Positions 18,120-27,806 of a DNA stretch of 64,000 nucleotides are shown here, one piece after another. The number at the start of each line of letters is the position of its first letter. Within the stretch, counting starts at the first letter, position 1. This DNA comes from a virus. The notes beneath the pieces were generated by a model that worked only from the letters and a program-made list of their open reading frames with translations, was not told the origin of the DNA and did no database searches. The stretch is from positions 1 to 64,000 of IMG/VR virus record IMGVR_UViG_3300008516_000204. One strand, 5' to 3'. The translations under genes were made by a program, and so were the position numbers.

Positions 18120-18278
18120 ATGAAAGGCAGAATATACCTTACGGGGCGAAAGACCAAACTGGCGAGCAAAATTCGGGTTTATAAGGGCTTCGGGACTTGC
18201 AAGCGGTGCGGTTATGCTTTAGACGATAAGGAGGCGAAGCAGGGACTTTGCAGGGCTTGTCAAGAGCTTAAAACTTGA
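18120..18278 (+). CDS. Small Zn-finger protein
   Basis: CKRCG...LCRACQ; directly follows the previous stop. Confidence 0.6.
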   Translation: MKGRIYLTGRKTKLASKIRVYKGFGTCKRCGYALDDKEAKQGLCRACQELKT

Positions 18279-18888
18279 GGAGGTGAAACTTTAAAATGAA
18301 AACTATAATAAGTTATTATGATAGAGATAAATCACTTTTACACTTGAGAAAGGGGAAATTTGTTATAGACAATGAAGTAGCTAATTATATTAAATATCTT
18401 CTCAAAAGAAGTAACAAGTTAAAAAAGGTGTTAGGAAAATAAAATGACTATAAAAATTGGCTTAAAATTTAAACTTAAAAGGCGAGACTGGATCTTGACT
18501 GGCTTTAGGGATGGCTTACCCCTTATAACTTGCAAAAAGACAGGGCAGGTGCAGAGGCTAAAGGACGAGGACTTATTAAGGCTTGCTAAGGCGAAAACTT
18601 GACAAAAATGGACTTTTAACTTGACTTGCTAAACTTGCTACAGAATAGAGTAAAACTATAAAACGAGGTAAACTTTGAAGCGAGGAGGTGCGAAAAATGA
18701 GATGGCCTAAACTTTCTAAAAGGCACTATGAGAATAGGCGAGACAAAAGAGTTTTTGCTTACTATCGCTTAATAGGCTGGTATAACTTACAGGCACGATT
18801 AGGAAATATCTTATATTCGCTTATAATTCCAGCAAAAAGAACTTAAAAACTCTCTATACTTACAAAAAATTTTGAGGAGGTGTTATAA

Positions 18889-19080
18889 ATGATTACCAAA
18901 ACAGAAGTGGCCAGGGGAACTTTGGGCGATAAAAAGGGCTGGAACTTTGCCGTTTACTTTGCTGGGCGGAAATATCCTAACATTATATCAGCACTGTATA
19001 AGACGAAGAGGGAAACGCAGGCCCAGCTAAAAAGGTACATTGAGACTGGAGACTTGGACACTTACGGATCGGCGGAGTAG
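18889..19080 (+). CDS. Hypothetical early protein
   Basis: SD GAGGAGGTG. Confidence 0.7.
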   Translation: MITKTEVARGTLGDKKGWNFAVYFAGRKYPNIISALYKTKRETQAQLKRYIETGDLDTYGSAE

Positions 19081-19150
19081 ACTTAAAAAAAAGCGTAGAA
19101 ACTGTCTACACTTAACAATAACTGTTGCACTTTGGGGAGGTGGGAAAAAG

Positions 19151-19297
19151 ATGGTACACTTAGGAAATATCATTTTAATAACATTTTGTTTAACAATTTA
19201 TTTATATGGTCTTGCAATAGGACTTAATTTATGGGGTGGCTTATTTGGAGCTATCTTAATTGCTGGATTTGATATAGCGATTAGACTAAAAAAATAG
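19151..19297 (+). CDS. Small membrane protein
   Basis: SD GGAGGTG before ATG 19151; two hydrophobic segments. Confidence 0.6.
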   Translation: MVHLGNIILITFCLTIYLYGLAIGLNLWGGLFGAILIAGFDIAIRLKK

Positions 19298-19623
19298 AAT
19301 GTCTTTAGTTATAAAAGCACTTTCTCCGACGACGGCCTTGTATGATATATAGGGAGTGAGATTGCTGGACAGACGCTTCTCGTACTCTTACACACTTGTT
19401 ACACTTTGGGCTTGGGTATCCTACTTAACTTTATTGACTGCTTACGGTTGCGGAAAAGTTTGACTGGATACTTTGGGGCCGTTTGGCACTTGCGGGGATT
19501 TGGGGCATCGGATATTGTTATCGGTTTTTTGATTAGGTTTGGATTGTTCATCCGCTTTTTTTGATTATTTTTTACTCTGGGCTTTGCTTTTTTCGGCTCA
19601 ATCGGCTATTTTAAAATTTGCTC

Positions 19624-19652
19624 TTGACTTTTCGGGCTTTTTATGGTATACT
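19624..19652 (+). promoter_or_regulatory. sigma70-type early promoter P2
   Basis: TTGACT-N17-TATACT with extended -10 TG. Confidence 0.8.
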
Positions 19653-19701
19653 TATAGAGATTGGATTTACTTATTGACTTTTTAAAAAAGGTAGATTTAA
19701 A

Positions 19702-19866
19702 ATGAGAGTTACAAACTTAAAAAATTGCTATTGCCACACTTGCAAAAAGGCTTTCCACTATTTAGGCATAGCAAGACACCGCAGAGGTCATTTAGACCGC
19801 AAAGAGAATTGTGAAATAACATATACAAATGGAGATACTTATCTTCATAAATTTAGGAAAAAATAA
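19702..19866 (+). CDS. Small C2H2-like Zn-finger protein
   Basis: MRVT...CHTCKKAFHYLGIARHRRGH. Confidence 0.6.
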   Translation: MRVTNLKNCYCHTCKKAFHYLGIARHRRGHLDRKENCEITYTNGDTYLHKFRKK

Positions 19867-19867
19867 A

Positions 19868-20131
19868 ATGAAACACTTACATAAGATAACTTTTAGAGGC
19901 ACGCTTGATATATTAGCATATAATAAGATTTTAAGACTTTTATATGATAATAATATACCTTATAAATACTTTGCTACTTACTCAAAGACAAGGGATGATG
20001 CTGGACTTTTAAAATACTTTGATAGTATTGTCTTTGCCTATGATAAATATATTCCTTATGTTACGAACAGAAAAAGAATATCTATTGAAGAATTGTTTAA
20101 CAGGATTAGAAAAGAAAAGGTAACGATATAA
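19868..20131 (+). CDS. Hypothetical protein
   Basis: Start moved to ATG 19868 (TAAAATG coupling). Confidence 0.55.
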   Translation: MKHLHKITFRGTLDILAYNKILRLLYDNNIPYKYFATYSKTRDDAGLLKYFDSIVFAYDKYIPYVTNRKRISIEELFNRIRKEKVTI

Positions 20132-20132
20132 A

Positions 20133-20396
20133 ATGAAAAACGATATTTTGAAGTGCTTATATGTCTCTGGAGGTGGTACAGAATACGATGGAGGGGATTG
20201 GAAAATAATAACCGATACTGAAAAGTCTCTTTACCTAAAATGTATCAGAGAGCCATTTTTTAAAGGGATAGACGATTTAGTCTTAAAGGTAAAAAAAGAT
20301 AATTCAGGCAAACACTGTTTAAGAATATGGGATGATGGGACTTTTACGATCTATCCTTATAGAAGTGGGACTCCACATTACTTTGAGCCTAAATAA
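20133..20396 (+). CDS. Hypothetical protein
   Basis: ORF track, coupled. Confidence 0.65.
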   Translation: MKNDILKCLYVSGGGTEYDGGDWKIITDTEKSLYLKCIREPFFKGIDDLVLKVKKDNSGKHCLRIWDDGTFTIYPYRSGTPHYFEPK

Positions 20397-20559
20397 AACA
20401 AGAAAATGTGGTGATATAAAATGATAACTTTAACTATATATGCTAAGGATAAAAGAGAGTTATTAGATTACTTTGATAAATTGAAAGAGCTAATCCAAGA
20501 AGGATATACTTCAGGAACTTTTTAGATGGCTGGGATTTAGAAGAGAAGGGGATAGAAAA

Positions 20560-20748
20560 ATGATGACAGTAAGAAAGTTAGCAGAAGCTATAAACAAGGA
20601 TTGCAGAGATTTTAGATACTTCTATGCGATAGGCTTGATAAAGGAGACTTTGGAACTTTGGCGAGAGACTGGCAATTTTACAATGCTAAATAAAACAGCT
20701 AGGATATTTGCTAACCATTACTTAGGAGAATTTAAAAATGAAAGCTAA
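20560..20748 (+). CDS. Hypothetical protein
   Basis: ORF track, purine-rich SD. Confidence 0.55.
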   Translation: MMTVRKLAEAINKDCRDFRYFYAIGLIKETLELWRETGNFTMLNKTARIFANHYLGEFKNES

Positions 20749-20952
20749 GATGTTGAATGGAGAATTTGAGATTTGTCCTGTATGTGGTGAAACTATGGTC
20801 AAAAGGCATAACTTAAATGGATTTAACTGGGTTTGTTTATTTGGCTGTGGTTATATCAAGGAAGCCCAGAAACTTAATAAAGATTGACATACTTGCTCTA
20901 TCTTCTTATTCTGGGCAGATTTATTTGTCTTAACTAAAAGGAAAGCTTAATA

Positions 20953-21414
20953 ATGGAACGACATACAAAATTATATAAGGGATATTGTAAACAATGTGGC
21001 AATAAATTTTCAAGTGGAATAAGCTGGCAAATATATTGTTCAAAGGAATGTCGCCAACTATCAAGAAATAATAGTGGCCAAAGAAGATGGTATCAATTAA
21101 GAAATAGAGCAAAGAAAAGAAATCAATCTTGTTGTACTTTAGATGAATTTAAAAATTTTTATACTCGTAGGAAACATATTTGCGAGTATTGCGAGATGCC
21201 TGAAGATTTAAGTATTAAAAAATACAAGAGGCGAATAGAAATAGATAAAAAAGATGCTACAAAAGGCTATGTAATAGAGAATTTAGCTCTGGCTTGTTAT
21301 AAATGCAATACTGTTAAAAATGATATTTTGACCTATGAAGAAATGAAACAGGTCGGGCATCAGTATATTAAGCCTAAATGGCTTAAAAGCACACAAAAGC
21401 AGGGCAAATTTTAA
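20953..21414 (+). CDS. HNH-like endonuclease
   Basis: CEYC...IEIDKKD..KGY...NL.LAC..CN..K. Confidence 0.8.
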   Translation: MERHTKLYKGYCKQCGNKFSSGISWQIYCSKECRQLSRNNSGQRRWYQLRNRAKKRNQSCCTLDEFKNFYTRRKHICEYCEMPEDLSIKKYKRRIEIDKKDATKGYVIENLALACYKCNTVKNDILTYEEMKQVGHQYIKPKWLKSTQKQGKF

Positions 21415-21542
21415 CGAATTGGCTTATTTGGTGGTTGGCTATGCCGAAATAGAATAATCGCTTGTAAGTGAAATATGAGGGCTTTTCTACTTGACACTTA
21501 AACTTGAAATACGTGGTGGTTAAAAAATCTTAAAATAGGCAC

Positions 21543-21571
21543 TTGACAAATCGGATTTTATGTGGTATACT
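21543..21571 (+). promoter_or_regulatory. sigma70-type early promoter P3
   Basis: TTGACA-N17-TATACT with TGTG extended -10. Confidence 0.85.
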
Positions 21572-21625
21572 TATGGGGTAAGGTTATACTTATTGACTTT
21601 TTTAAAAAATAATGGGGGTGTTAAG

Positions 21626-21868
21626 ATGCGAGTAACTGTAATGTATAGGAATAACTGGTTTGGTGGGGATGGATGGACTTATTATCCTAAGACAGTTGAA
21701 ATATCCGATAATTGTCCTATATGTGGGGGTCCTAGAGGAAAAGCAAAACCTTATCGCTTTTGCGAAGATGGGGAATGGTTCGTTGTAGATACTTGGAAAA
21801 ATCTTTGTGGGCATATTGATTCTTATAAAGATTGTTTAGTAGAAGCAAAAAAATTGTTGGTGGTTTAA
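21626..21868 (+). CDS. Hypothetical Zn-ribbon protein
   Basis: Start moved to ATG 21626 (SD GGGGGTG) because the longer ORF starts inside P3; CPICGGPRG...CGH. Confidence 0.7.
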   Translation: MRVTVMYRNNWFGGDGWTYYPKTVEISDNCPICGGPRGKAKPYRFCEDGEWFVVDTWKNLCGHIDSYKDCLVEAKKLLVV

Positions 21869-21869
21869 A

Positions 21870-22076
21870 ATGTTTACTTGTAAAATAAAAGTTGGGGCAG
21901 AATGGAGATTACCTGCGAGTATAAAAAGACAAGATGAAGCTGGGCACATGCTTATAAAAGGCAAAAAAATGAATGACATTAAAGCGATTAAAAAGATATT
22001 AAAGAGTTTAAAAGGACAGTATAAAACTATTACACAGGAAGAAGATGGGGAGTATATCGTAATTAAGGCGAGTTAA
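21870..22076 (+). CDS. Hypothetical protein
   Basis: ORF track, coupled. Confidence 0.55.
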   Translation: MFTCKIKVGAEWRLPASIKRQDEAGHMLIKGKKMNDIKAIKKILKSLKGQYKTITQEEDGEYIVIKAS

Positions 22077-22077
22077 A

Positions 22078-22380
22078 ATGGAGGATAGAAAAATGAAAGG
22101 CAGAGGAGTTTTAACTAAAAGGGTAAATGAAATTGCTAAGAAAATGATCGGCAGAGAAATATCTCAAATAGAGTTAAGGTTAATACCTTATATTCAATAT
22201 GTAATGGTCAACGAACAAAAAATTAAGATAGAACATATTAACTCTGAAGAACGGAAAATCCTGGCTAAATGGAAAAAAGAAAATTTTATAGAAGGTGGAG
22301 CAACAGGCTTAGCAATAACTAAAGAATTTTGGGACTCTATGTGCGAGATACTTTTTGAAGCATATGTAGATATACAGTAA
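22078..22380 (+). CDS. Conserved phage hypothetical protein
   Basis: RG.LT...ELRL.PY.QY...N...IN.EER.IL..W...KEFWD motif. Confidence 0.7.
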   Translation: MEDRKMKGRGVLTKRVNEIAKKMIGREISQIELRLIPYIQYVMVNEQKIKIEHINSEERKILAKWKKENFIEGGATGLAITKEFWDSMCEILFEAYVDIQ

Positions 22381-22653
22381 TAAAAAAATAATTAAAGATA
22401 TTGCAGGTCGCCTCCTGCTTCCCGAAACCTTTGCGGTGGATATAGGGTTAAACCGCTACTTACTTTTGAAAGGAAAAAATGATGATACTTTATAAAGTCT
22501 TTAAATGTTCAAAATGTGGTGAGATTATAGAATTGCAATATGATGAAACTAAAAGAGTTTATGCTGGCTTTTGTAAAACTTGCAATAGAAAGATAGAAAC
22601 AAGAAGTATCGGAGACGAACAAAGTATAAAGGATAAATATACAGGAGGATAAG

Positions 22654-22950
22654 ATGAAATTATTACGTAGTTTTCTTGAGTTTGTAGAAAAAAGGATTTT
22701 TGGTAAATATGTCTATCATAGAAATCTTTGCCGAAAAGAAGGAAAATGTATAAACTGTGGAAGATATATATGCAGTGGTTGTAATGCTTCTTTTAATGGT
22801 AAGGATTATGGTTATTGTATGGAATGTCAAGCTAAGTTTGAAGGATATAAAAATAGAACGGCTTTACCTTTTAAACCTCTGTTTAAACCTCGTGGGATAA
22901 AAAGATTTAGAATAAGTTGTAATAACAGAGATACAAGTGATGATTATTAA
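22654..22950 (+). CDS. Cys-rich hypothetical protein
   Basis: Three CxxC pairs; SD AGGAGG. Confidence 0.6.
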   Translation: MKLLRSFLEFVEKRIFGKYVYHRNLCRKEGKCINCGRYICSGCNASFNGKDYGYCMECQAKFEGYKNRTALPFKPLFKPRGIKRFRISCNNRDTSDDY

Positions 22951-22987
22951 AAATAAAAAACAATCCTAAATAGAAAGGATAAATAAA

Positions 22988-23095
22988 ATGAACGAATTTG
23001 TAACCATAGTACTCTTGACCTTATTGGTTTTGCTAATCCCTCTTTTAGTAGCAAGCGTTATCGTTAGAAAATCTAAAAATAAAAGTAGAGAGTAG
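22988..23095 (+). CDS. 35-aa single-pass membrane peptide
   Basis: MNEFVTIVLLTLLVLLIPLLVASVIVRKSKNKSRE; SD AAGGA. Confidence 0.55.
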   Translation: MNEFVTIVLLTLLVLLIPLLVASVIVRKSKNKSRE

Positions 23096-23269
23096 TAAGA
23101 TGAAAAAAGATTGGTACTGTTATATTTGTGGAAATAAAGTATTAAAGAGTTATTATCTATGCTCTATGAAAAATTCCACTGATAGAGTTTTCTTGATATG
23201 TAAAAATAAGAACTGTATTGAACAAGTCAATCTTAAAGAAGTGCTAGTAACTAAAATAAAGGAGATAAA

Positions 23270-23524
23270 ATGACATTCGATAGCGACAGGCAATACGATG
23301 CAATGGGAGAGAATTATCCCTTTATTGATAAGAGAAAAGAAGAATATACCCCAGAAGAAGCAATCAAAATTTTGACAGAAGCACAGATGTATAACGAAAT
23401 TAAGAAGTGCATAGAGCATAATGGGCTTGAGGGAACGGAAGATGTGATTAAAAGAGCTTATAGCACTGTACCGAAATTGAGAGAAAAAATGCTTAGGATA
23501 TTGTATCTTATATGGGACAAATAA
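23270..23524 (+). CDS. Hypothetical protein
   Basis: SD AAGGAG. Confidence 0.65.
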   Translation: MTFDSDRQYDAMGENYPFIDKRKEEYTPEEAIKILTEAQMYNEIKKCIEHNGLEGTEDVIKRAYSTVPKLREKMLRILYLIWDK

Positions 23525-23525
23525 A

Positions 23526-23774
23526 ATGAAGAAGCCGAAGATAGCACAAAAATTTAATCTTACTTTCTGGCTACATATAGCCAAAGATTTAGAACTGAGC
23601 CGACAGTTTGAAGAAAGAGGGAATGAGAGACAGAAGAAGGCTCTTAGACAAGCTCAGAAGTATTTAAAGTGGTTAGATATACAAAAGAAAGAGGACAGGG
23701 AGTATTTTGAGAAACAACTTAAGAAAAGGACTAGACCAAAAAAGAAAAAGAAACTAAAGAGAAGGAGAAAATGA
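23526..23774 (+). CDS. Basic hypothetical protein
   Basis: Coupled; K/R-rich tail. Confidence 0.6.
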   Translation: MKKPKIAQKFNLTFWLHIAKDLELSRQFEERGNERQKKALRQAQKYLKWLDIQKKEDREYFEKQLKKRTRPKKKKKLKRRRK

Positions 23775-23775
23775 A

Positions 23776-24039
23776 ATGACAAGTCGAGTTTCCAAAGAAC
23801 TAAGGAGCAAGATTGAAACCCTTGAGTACTACAAAAATGGCTTTGATCACTTAAGCGGGGCCAATGTCCACGCTGTCAATGTCAAGATAAGGAAGTATAA
23901 AGCCATTGCGGATATTTTACTAATTACCGATGCTGAAAATGGTACTCTTGAAAGATACAATAATTGTGAATATCCTTTAGACTTACTTGAGGGAACATTT
24001 ATTAAAAAAGATAAATATGCTAAACTGAAAAGGAATTAA
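23776..24039 (+). CDS. Hypothetical protein
   Basis: SD AAGGAG. Confidence 0.65.
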   Translation: MTSRVSKELRSKIETLEYYKNGFDHLSGANVHAVNVKIRKYKAIADILLITDAENGTLERYNNCEYPLDLLEGTFIKKDKYAKLKRN

Positions 24040-24952
24040 AATGTTAGGATATAAATGTCGTTATTGTGGTGCTCTAAAGTTTCCTGATGGTAAAGGTTGC
24101 CAATGTGGAGCAAGTTATTCTTCCTTGAAAGTAATTAAATTAAAAAACACTTTGAGACCAGAAAAAGATAAAGGGTATTATGGAAAAGAGGGAAAATAAA
24201 TGCGAGCAGTTAGGATTATTAAAAATAATGATGGGACTTATTCCGCTTATATCTTTAGTCGTTGTATTTACACTGGAACTTATGAAAATTGTGTCAGAGA
24301 ATTAAGTTATCATAATGAATATATTTAAAATGATGGAGAAAAAAATTAAATAGGAAAAATAAAAAACAAATAATGCAAAAAGCAAGACAAAGAAATATAA
24401 AATTTATTTCAAAAGTTTGTCAAGAACATTGGATAGAATAAATAAAAAAGATGAAATAGAAAGGAAGATTATAAAATGTCTTATAATATGACCCTAGTAA
24501 ATTTGGCTCTTAAGAAAGCCGAACAGTATGAGAAAGCAGGGGATACCAAGAAAAGGGATTACTGGCTTGCTTACGCTGAACGGGCAGAAAAGGCGTACAA
24601 GAAACTTGAAAAGAATAATGCCTAACCGATACTATTATACCAGTTACTATACAGAGCATATATAATATATAACAATAGTACCTTTTCTACTACAGGTTGT
24701 TGAAGATTGGCGTAACTCTTTTTATGATAGGAGGATGTAGGAGAAAAATCAGCAATTTTGTGAGATGGACTTGCTTCAGGTTATAATAAATCTATATTTT
24801 GTAGTAATACTACATTATGTGGTAAATGGATATAACTTCTTAGTACGAACGAGGTTATGATAGCGAAAAGATAGGGTTACTTAACTGATATTGTGAAAAG
24901 TGAAAAAAGTTGAAAATGTGATTTAGAAAAATCTGGGGTTAAATCAAGGAAG

Positions 24953-25534
24953 ATGAAAATGAAAACGGACTTAAAAAAATGTAATGTTTGCAACAAATGG
25001 AAGTCCTTAATGGAATTTTATAAACGGGGTAATGAAGAAAATAAATTGCGTAATAAATGTAAAAAATGTTTTCAAAAGTATCATCAAAAGCGTTTACATT
25101 ATCTGAAATGTTATCTGAAAAAATATCGTCAAAAAAATAAGATAAAAATAAGACACAGAAGAAGGAAATACTATGAAGCTAATAAAGATAAACTCTTAAG
25201 AGAAAGAAAAATTCATTTTAGAAAAGTAAAATTAACTTGGCTTCCTTATTTAAAATCCAATCCAAGATGTGAAATTTGTGGCAAGCAACTCAATTATTTT
25301 TCAAGAAGCAATAATGGAGTATATTTTGACCATAAAAAACTGTCAGAAAAAATAAAAACAACCCCAGTTTCTTGGTTACAAACTCATCCTTATACATTAG
25401 AAAATATGAAAATTTGGAGAACTTGTAACTTTGGTATTTTATGTAATCATTGTAATCGCACTTTGCCAAGTAAAGATAGAGAGAAATGGCTAAGGAAAGT
25501 AACTCGATATGTCTATGAAATAGATAATTTTTAA
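24953..25534 (+). CDS. HNH/endonuclease VII-like protein
   Basis: K.C..C...K...EF...CK.C N-terminus; CEICG...FDH...LC..CN. Confidence 0.7.
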   Translation: MKMKTDLKKCNVCNKWKSLMEFYKRGNEENKLRNKCKKCFQKYHQKRLHYLKCYLKKYRQKNKIKIRHRRRKYYEANKDKLLRERKIHFRKVKLTWLPYLKSNPRCEICGKQLNYFSRSNNGVYFDHKKLSEKIKTTPVSWLQTHPYTLENMKIWRTCNFGILCNHCNRTLPSKDREKWLRKVTRYVYEIDNF

Positions 25535-25542
25535 AAAATTAC

Positions 25543-25571
25543 TTGACAAGAAACAGTTTTTGTGGTATACT
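25543..25571 (+). promoter_or_regulatory. sigma70-type early promoter P4 (heads the operon containing the GGDEF gene)
   Basis: TTGACA-N17-TATACT with TGTG extended -10. Confidence 0.85.
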
Positions 25572-25599
25572 TATGATGGAACTTGGAAAGGAGAATTAG

Positions 25600-25848
25600 A
25601 TGAAGTGTCCCTATGTTTCTAATCCCGATAAAATTGATAAACGATTTAATGAGCCTCTGAATTATAAAGATTTTGGAGGGGCTGTAGATTATACTTTCTT
25701 TAATCATATTGACCCATTTGGAAAAACAAGACGAGTGCAATTTTGTGAACTTTGTGGGCGCAAGCAAGATGTCTTTGAATGTCTTAATGAAAGTGAATGG
25801 AAAAATTGTCCCCATTATAAAATTGCAAAAGAAAGGAAACTAAAATGA
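25600..25848 (+). CDS. Hypothetical protein
   Basis: SD AGGAG. Confidence 0.65.
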   Translation: MKCPYVSNPDKIDKRFNEPLNYKDFGGAVDYTFFNHIDPFGKTRRVQFCELCGRKQDVFECLNESEWKNCPHYKIAKERKLK

Positions 25849-26084
25849 CCCAATCCGAAATGCTGAAGAAAATCCAGGACTCCAATGGCAGGATAATGAA
25901 CATCGTCTTCATCAAGAGGGACGGGACTCGGCGCAGTATGAACTGTCGGCTCGGAGTGAGGAAGGGCGTTACTGGCAAGGGGATAAAAGGATTTTTAATT
26001 GATAATGCTGGTATGCTATTACAAAGTTTATCGCCAACAGTAGAGATAGATACCATTACATTAATCGATGGAGAGGAGTATTAA
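25845..26084 (+). CDS. Phage SH3-like protein (FIK.DGT.R.M.CRLGV family)
   Basis: Motif common in phage early regions. Confidence 0.6.
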   Translation: MTQSEMLKKIQDSNGRIMNIVFIKRDGTRRSMNCRLGVRKGVTGKGIKGFLIDNAGMLLQSLSPTVEIDTITLIDGEEY

Positions 26085-26085
26085 G

Positions 26086-26376
26086 ATGAAAAATAATTAT
26101 TCCCAATTTTATAAGGGGGTTTATTCTCAAGATAATCCCGAAGGAAATGCTTATGGTTGGATACAATGGAAGGGAACAGATGTCTGTGTAGATTTGCACT
26201 GTAAATGTGGTTATCACGACCATTTTGATGGAGATTTTTTCTATTACTTTGAATGTCCTAAATGCCATAGAAAGTATGCAGTTGGGCAGAATATAAAATT
26301 GATAGAACTTACTGAAGAGCAGATAAAACTTGGTAGAGTTAATGATTTTCAAAATGGAGAAAAGGAGAGGAATTAA
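26086..26376 (+). CDS. Zn-binding hypothetical protein
   Basis: WIQWKGTDVC.D..C.CG...CP.C. Confidence 0.7.
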   Translation: MKNNYSQFYKGVYSQDNPEGNAYGWIQWKGTDVCVDLHCKCGYHDHFDGDFFYYFECPKCHRKYAVGQNIKLIELTEEQIKLGRVNDFQNGEKERN

Positions 26377-26377
26377 A

Positions 26378-26602
26378 ATGATAACAAGTAGTGGAGCTAT
26401 TTGTGATATTTGTGGAAAATATATTTTACCCTTAGACCCAAAAGAAAGAGTCAATTGTTTTGGTATTAAGGGAATAACCGAAACCCTACATTGTGATAAT
26501 AAGTGTAAAGAATTATTATTAAATATTAAAAAAGATTGGACTCAATTACCTAAAGAAGGAAGACTTTATAAAGCCTTTGCAGAAACAAACGAGGAGAAAT
26601 AA
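26378..26602 (+). CDS. Hypothetical protein
   Basis: CDICG; start moved to 26378. Confidence 0.6.
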   Translation: MITSSGAICDICGKYILPLDPKERVNCFGIKGITETLHCDNKCKELLLNIKKDWTQLPKEGRLYKAFAETNEEK

Positions 26603-26603
26603 A

Positions 26604-26858
26604 ATGTATTACTACTTAACAGACCAAGAATTGCGAACTTTGGAAACTGAGCTTGCCAATATAAAAAATGCCCTTAGAGGATTGCAGTTTCTGGATGGCG
26701 AGGAGAGATTTCGGAATTTGTCTTCGGAAGAAAGGCTGGAATATACCAACAGGAAGAGACCTTGCATAGTCTGCGGTGGAGATATAGTTATGCACAGTGG
26801 TGGGGACAGTTATGAGATTATTTGTAGCGAGTGCGGGTTTATATATGATGAGGATTAG
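26604..26858 (+). CDS. Zn-ribbon hypothetical protein
   Basis: CIVCG...CSECG; SD GAGGAG. Confidence 0.6.
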   Translation: MYYYLTDQELRTLETELANIKNALRGLQFLDGEERFRNLSSEERLEYTNRKRPCIVCGGDIVMHSGGDSYEIICSECGFIYDED

Positions 26859-26873
26859 GAGGAATAAGAAAAA

Positions 26874-27107
26874 ATGAATAAATTTTTATTAGCTTATACT
26901 ATATTTGTGGCAATTTGGTTTTTAAATATCTGTTATGACTTAATTAAAACCCTCTTGGTAAAATTCTGGATAGCAAGAGGAAGATGTCCAAAGTGTCTTA
27001 AACATTTTTGGGCTTACAATGATTATGGAATAGAGTTTGATTACTGTCCAGATCATATTGATGAGGCTTATTATGAGGATGGGGTTAAAGTAATTTTTAG
27101 AGATTAA
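26874..27107 (+). CDS. Membrane-anchored Zn-ribbon protein
   Basis: N-terminal TM, CPKC...CPDH. Confidence 0.6.
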   Translation: MNKFLLAYTIFVAIWFLNICYDLIKTLLVKFWIARGRCPKCLKHFWAYNDYGIEFDYCPDHIDEAYYEDGVKVIFRD

Positions 27108-27119
27108 GGAGAGAATGAA

Positions 27120-27713
27120 ATGAGACTATGGTCAATTCATCCACACTATCTTGACAGACAAGGACTTTTAGCCGTTTGGAGAGAGGGATTATTAGCCCAA
27201 AAAGTATTGATACAGGGAGAATATAAACTTTGTTCTTGTATCAACGGAGTAGTAAGAAAATTTATAGATGTATCTCCTGTTGGTAAACATAGATGGGGAT
27301 ATGTCAAGTGTCGAAATTGTAAAGGCACAACTAAAATAAAAACTCCTTATTACAATCATCCACAACTTTTGCGTTTTAAACAATGTAAAAATTCTATTAG
27401 AACTATAAACTATTATTTAAGAAAGATTTGGGAAGAAAGTGTCAAAAGAAAATATAATTTCGATATAAATAAAATAAAAGATGTTTATGCAGTAGAAGAA
27501 TTAACAGTAACAACAGGACAATTAGAGTATGAATTTAAACATTTACAAAATAAATTATTTGAAAGAAATAAAAAACAATACATTAAAAACAAAAAATATA
27601 TTTCAAAATATAATTTAAAATGGGGTATTGTTTGTGATGTAAAGAAAATAGAACCTCATCCTTTATTCAAAGTAGTAAAAGGAGATATTGAATCTTGGGA
27701 AAAAATAAAATAG
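27120..27713 (+). CDS. Pyrimidine dimer DNA glycosylase / endonuclease V family, with Zn-finger insert
   Basis: MRLWSIHP.YLD..GL.A.WRE.LLAQKVL, Y.NHPQL.RF, GQL.YE..HL, HPLF.V..G.IE.WEK. Confidence 0.88.
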   Translation: MRLWSIHPHYLDRQGLLAVWREGLLAQKVLIQGEYKLCSCINGVVRKFIDVSPVGKHRWGYVKCRNCKGTTKIKTPYYNHPQLLRFKQCKNSIRTINYYLRKIWEESVKRKYNFDINKIKDVYAVEELTVTTGQLEYEFKHLQNKLFERNKKQYIKNKKYISKYNLKWGIVCDVKKIEPHPLFKVVKGDIESWEKIK

Positions 27714-27806
27714 GCTATCTTGTTTGCCTGTCAAGAAACTATATAAATTAGAAAAGTGGTAGAGCTATCAAAAGAGCAGGACAGCCTACTATGGAGGAGA
27801 AAATCA

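Noticed and set aside
18599-18660. Additional promoter at the TTGACA/TTGACT cluster
   Set aside because: No acceptable -10 hexamer at 16-18 nt spacing.
21560-21625. N-terminal extension of ORF 21560-21868
   Set aside because: It starts inside promoter P3; the SD supports ATG 21626.
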